Shown in pieces: positions 61,797 through 64,000 of a stretch of 64,000 nt of DNA (position 1 is the first letter of the stretch; every line of letters starts with the position of its first letter). Both the position numbers and the translations under genes were made by a program. The notes beneath the pieces were generated by a model that searched no databases, was not told the DNA's origin, and worked only from the letters and a program-made list of their open reading frames with translations. Source of the stretch: an uncultured delta proteobacterium (GTDB taxonomy: Bacteria > Desulfobacterota > Binatia > UBA9968); contig CAVYTU010000011.1 of the NCBI GenBank assembly GCA_963771465.1, forward strand, positions 216,581 through 280,580, given 5' to 3'.

Positions 61797-62954
61797 CCAA
61801 CTGGCAAACCACTTGTCTCGGCGAATTGCTTTCCCGATCCACTGAGACTGCGGAGATTCAGCCGGACGACTCGTACAAGGAAATCACCGTAAAGCTATGG
61901 GGAAAAGGTGTTGTCTTGCGTGGGATTGTCAGTGGATCGGAGCTTAACGGTTCGCGGCGCTTTGTTGCGCGAAAAGGACAGGTGATTCTATCCCGCGATC
62001 GACGCCCGTAACGGCGCCATTGGCATGGTGCCAGACTCATTAGACGGTTCGCTGGTAAGCAACGACTTTCCGCTGTTCGTCACTCGACCGGAATCGTATC
62101 CAACCGTCCTATTTTCAGTGGTTGACCAAGACGAAGCCGTTCGTTGAACTCTGCCAGAAGGCTAGCGAGGGAACGACAAATCGAGTTCGCTTGCAAGAGG
62201 ATCGATTCCTTCAATCTTCAGATTTCTCTTCCCCGCTTTCCGGAGCAGCGGCGGATCGTGGCGCGGATCGAAGAACTGGCCGCCAAAATCAACGAGGCAC
62301 GTAGTTTACGCGAGCAACAGCAAGCAGAGGTGCGGAAACTGCTGCTTGCGGTGTTCTGGAAAATTTCAAGGACAGCCTATCGAATGCCAATGAATGATAT
62401 TGCTCCGCTGATCCGACGACAGGTCGAGGTTGATCTTGAGCCGTGAGTATCCGGAACTCGGAATTCGGTCATTCGGTAATGGCACGTTTCACAAACCTGC
62501 TCTCGGTGGTTCTGACGTGGGAAGCAAACGCATTTACAGAATTGAGCCCGGGCGACTTGGTCTTTAGCAACGTTTTTGCTTGGGAAGGGGCGATTGCTGT
62601 CGCGAGACCGGGAAGACGCGGGGCCGGTTTGGCTCACATCGCTTTATAACGTGCGTTCCAAAAGAGCAGAAAGCGACTTCGCGCTTTCTTTGCTTCTATT
62701 TTCTTACGGACGAGGGACTCGAATTGATTCGTGCAGCGTCCCCGGGTGGCGCGGGAAGAAATCGGACTCTGGGCCTTGAGGCGTTGGCAAACATCTCTGT
62801 TCCAATCCCATCTTTCGAAGATCAATGTTGGTTTGACAGATTGCTTGACTCCGGCGCCAAGTTGAAAAAACAGCAAGGCGAGAGTGCCGCCGAACTCAAT
62901 GCGCTACTGCCATCCATCCTCGACAAGGCATTTAGAGGAAGACTCTATAGGTGA
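61793..62954 (+). CDS. hsdS: Type I R-M specificity subunit, frameshifted
   Basis: PEQRRIVARIEELAAKI and LLPSILDKAFRG conserved regions; two TRD-like halves. Confidence 0.8.
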
Positions 62955-63018
62955 GAAAAGCTGGCTATCTCATGTGAACGGCGTTCAGTTCAGGCCTAGG
63001 TTAGGGAAGGAAGAGTCT

Positions 63019-64000
63019 ATGATCAAGATTTGGGAAATGTTGACGAGATTGACTGAGGAAGCCCAAATTGCTGCTCTATCGAAGTGCAAGGAGATTGGGT
63101 TTGACCTAAACAGGGGAATCGTGTCGCTTGAGGAGTCCTTCATTAATCTCAGTGCTGCGCGGTCAATCCTGACTGATGCAATCGAGAAAAATAAATTAAC
63201 ACAACTCCCGATTACGATTCAGAAGACCATCTTAGGGCAGCTGGAAGCCATATCGAACTCTTTGACAGCCCTAAACAACGGTACTGACGAGATTGTGAAT
63301 TTAGTTGATCGGATTGAACAGTTAAACACTTCGATATGGCAATATGGACTGCACAATCTATCGGATCAGGTCCTGGGCTATCAGAACAAACTGAATCAAT
63401 TAAAAAACCAAGAATTACAAGCCGGAAAGATCAAGAGACGAATTGGAGAAAGGCCTTGAACGAAAAAAGGAACTGGAACAATTTTTAGAGACTGCCGGGA
63501 CTATTACTGAAGGTCTACAATCAACCCTAACAAGTTCTGAGGACGCCTCGGAGAAAATCTCCCAACATCTAAGCCAAACTACTGACGCCGATCAGAAGGC
63601 AGCGGCTTCACTCGCCACCATCCAGCAAAACCAGGACACGGCCACAAAACTAGCAGCGGAAAGCAGTGCGAGTAATGCCGCAATTGCAGCACTGGAAGGA
63701 AGAATCAAAGAATTTTTTGGCCAAATCGATGAATACGGAAAGAAAATACTGGAGACATCACAAAATGCTGAAACAACGGTACCAAAAGAACAAAACTGAT
63801 ACCGAAGACATGATTGCAAACCTCAAAACTCTGGAAGAACAAATAAAGGATCAAATCACTAAGAAGCCACCGGGTTTTCGCTGTTTCATTCGTTTCAAAC
63901 GCGGCAAGAAGCGATAGCCAAATCCAAGAGATTTTGGGCTTGGGCGCTTGCTTTTATGATTCTGCTATCCGTTGGTTGGACGATCTTTCTCGGCGATTCG
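63019..64000 (+). CDS. Hypothetical coiled-coil protein with a TM segment (partial, frameshifted)
   Basis: ORFs 62884-63459, 63443-63799 and 63666-63917 chain across indels; hydrophobic FWAWALAFMILLSVGW at the window end; AT-richer. Confidence 0.55.

Overview
GC-rich bacterial chromosomal window. Gene content resembles uncultured deltaproteobacterial/Binatota-type genomes (inference only). Scattered single-base indels look like long-read consensus errors. In order: soxY(3' end)-soxZ-YeeE/YedE sulfur-carrier genes; two tandem secreted MBL-fold paralogs; a Bug/TTT binding protein; an ~8.1 kb cytoplasmic histidine kinase with 14 GAF repeats, then a GxxExxY nuclease gene bracketed by 29-bp inverted repeats, a receiver protein and a receiver-adenylate cyclase; tpx, a UGA-containing (probable selenocysteine) peroxiredoxin and a CGFS glutaredoxin; an actP/DUF4212/DUF294 cluster; MFS/ABC genes; a WbpB/D/E-like amino-sugar island with GT2 and two GT-C-like proteins; ispF; a Rieske/cytochrome b6-type complex with an octaheme cytochrome c and a cupredoxin-like protein; an FprA-like reductase; and a type I R-M locus with an AbiEi/MNT/HEPN cassette between hsdR and hsdM. 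The strongest leads are (1) GAF repeat copies whose core differs almost only by amino-acid-changing substitutions while the flanks differ only synonymously, suggesting targeted sensor diversification, (2) the inverted-repeat-flanked GxxExxY cassette, and (3) the Sec peroxiredoxin. No rRNA, tRNA, CRISPR array, transposase or reverse transcriptase was recognised.
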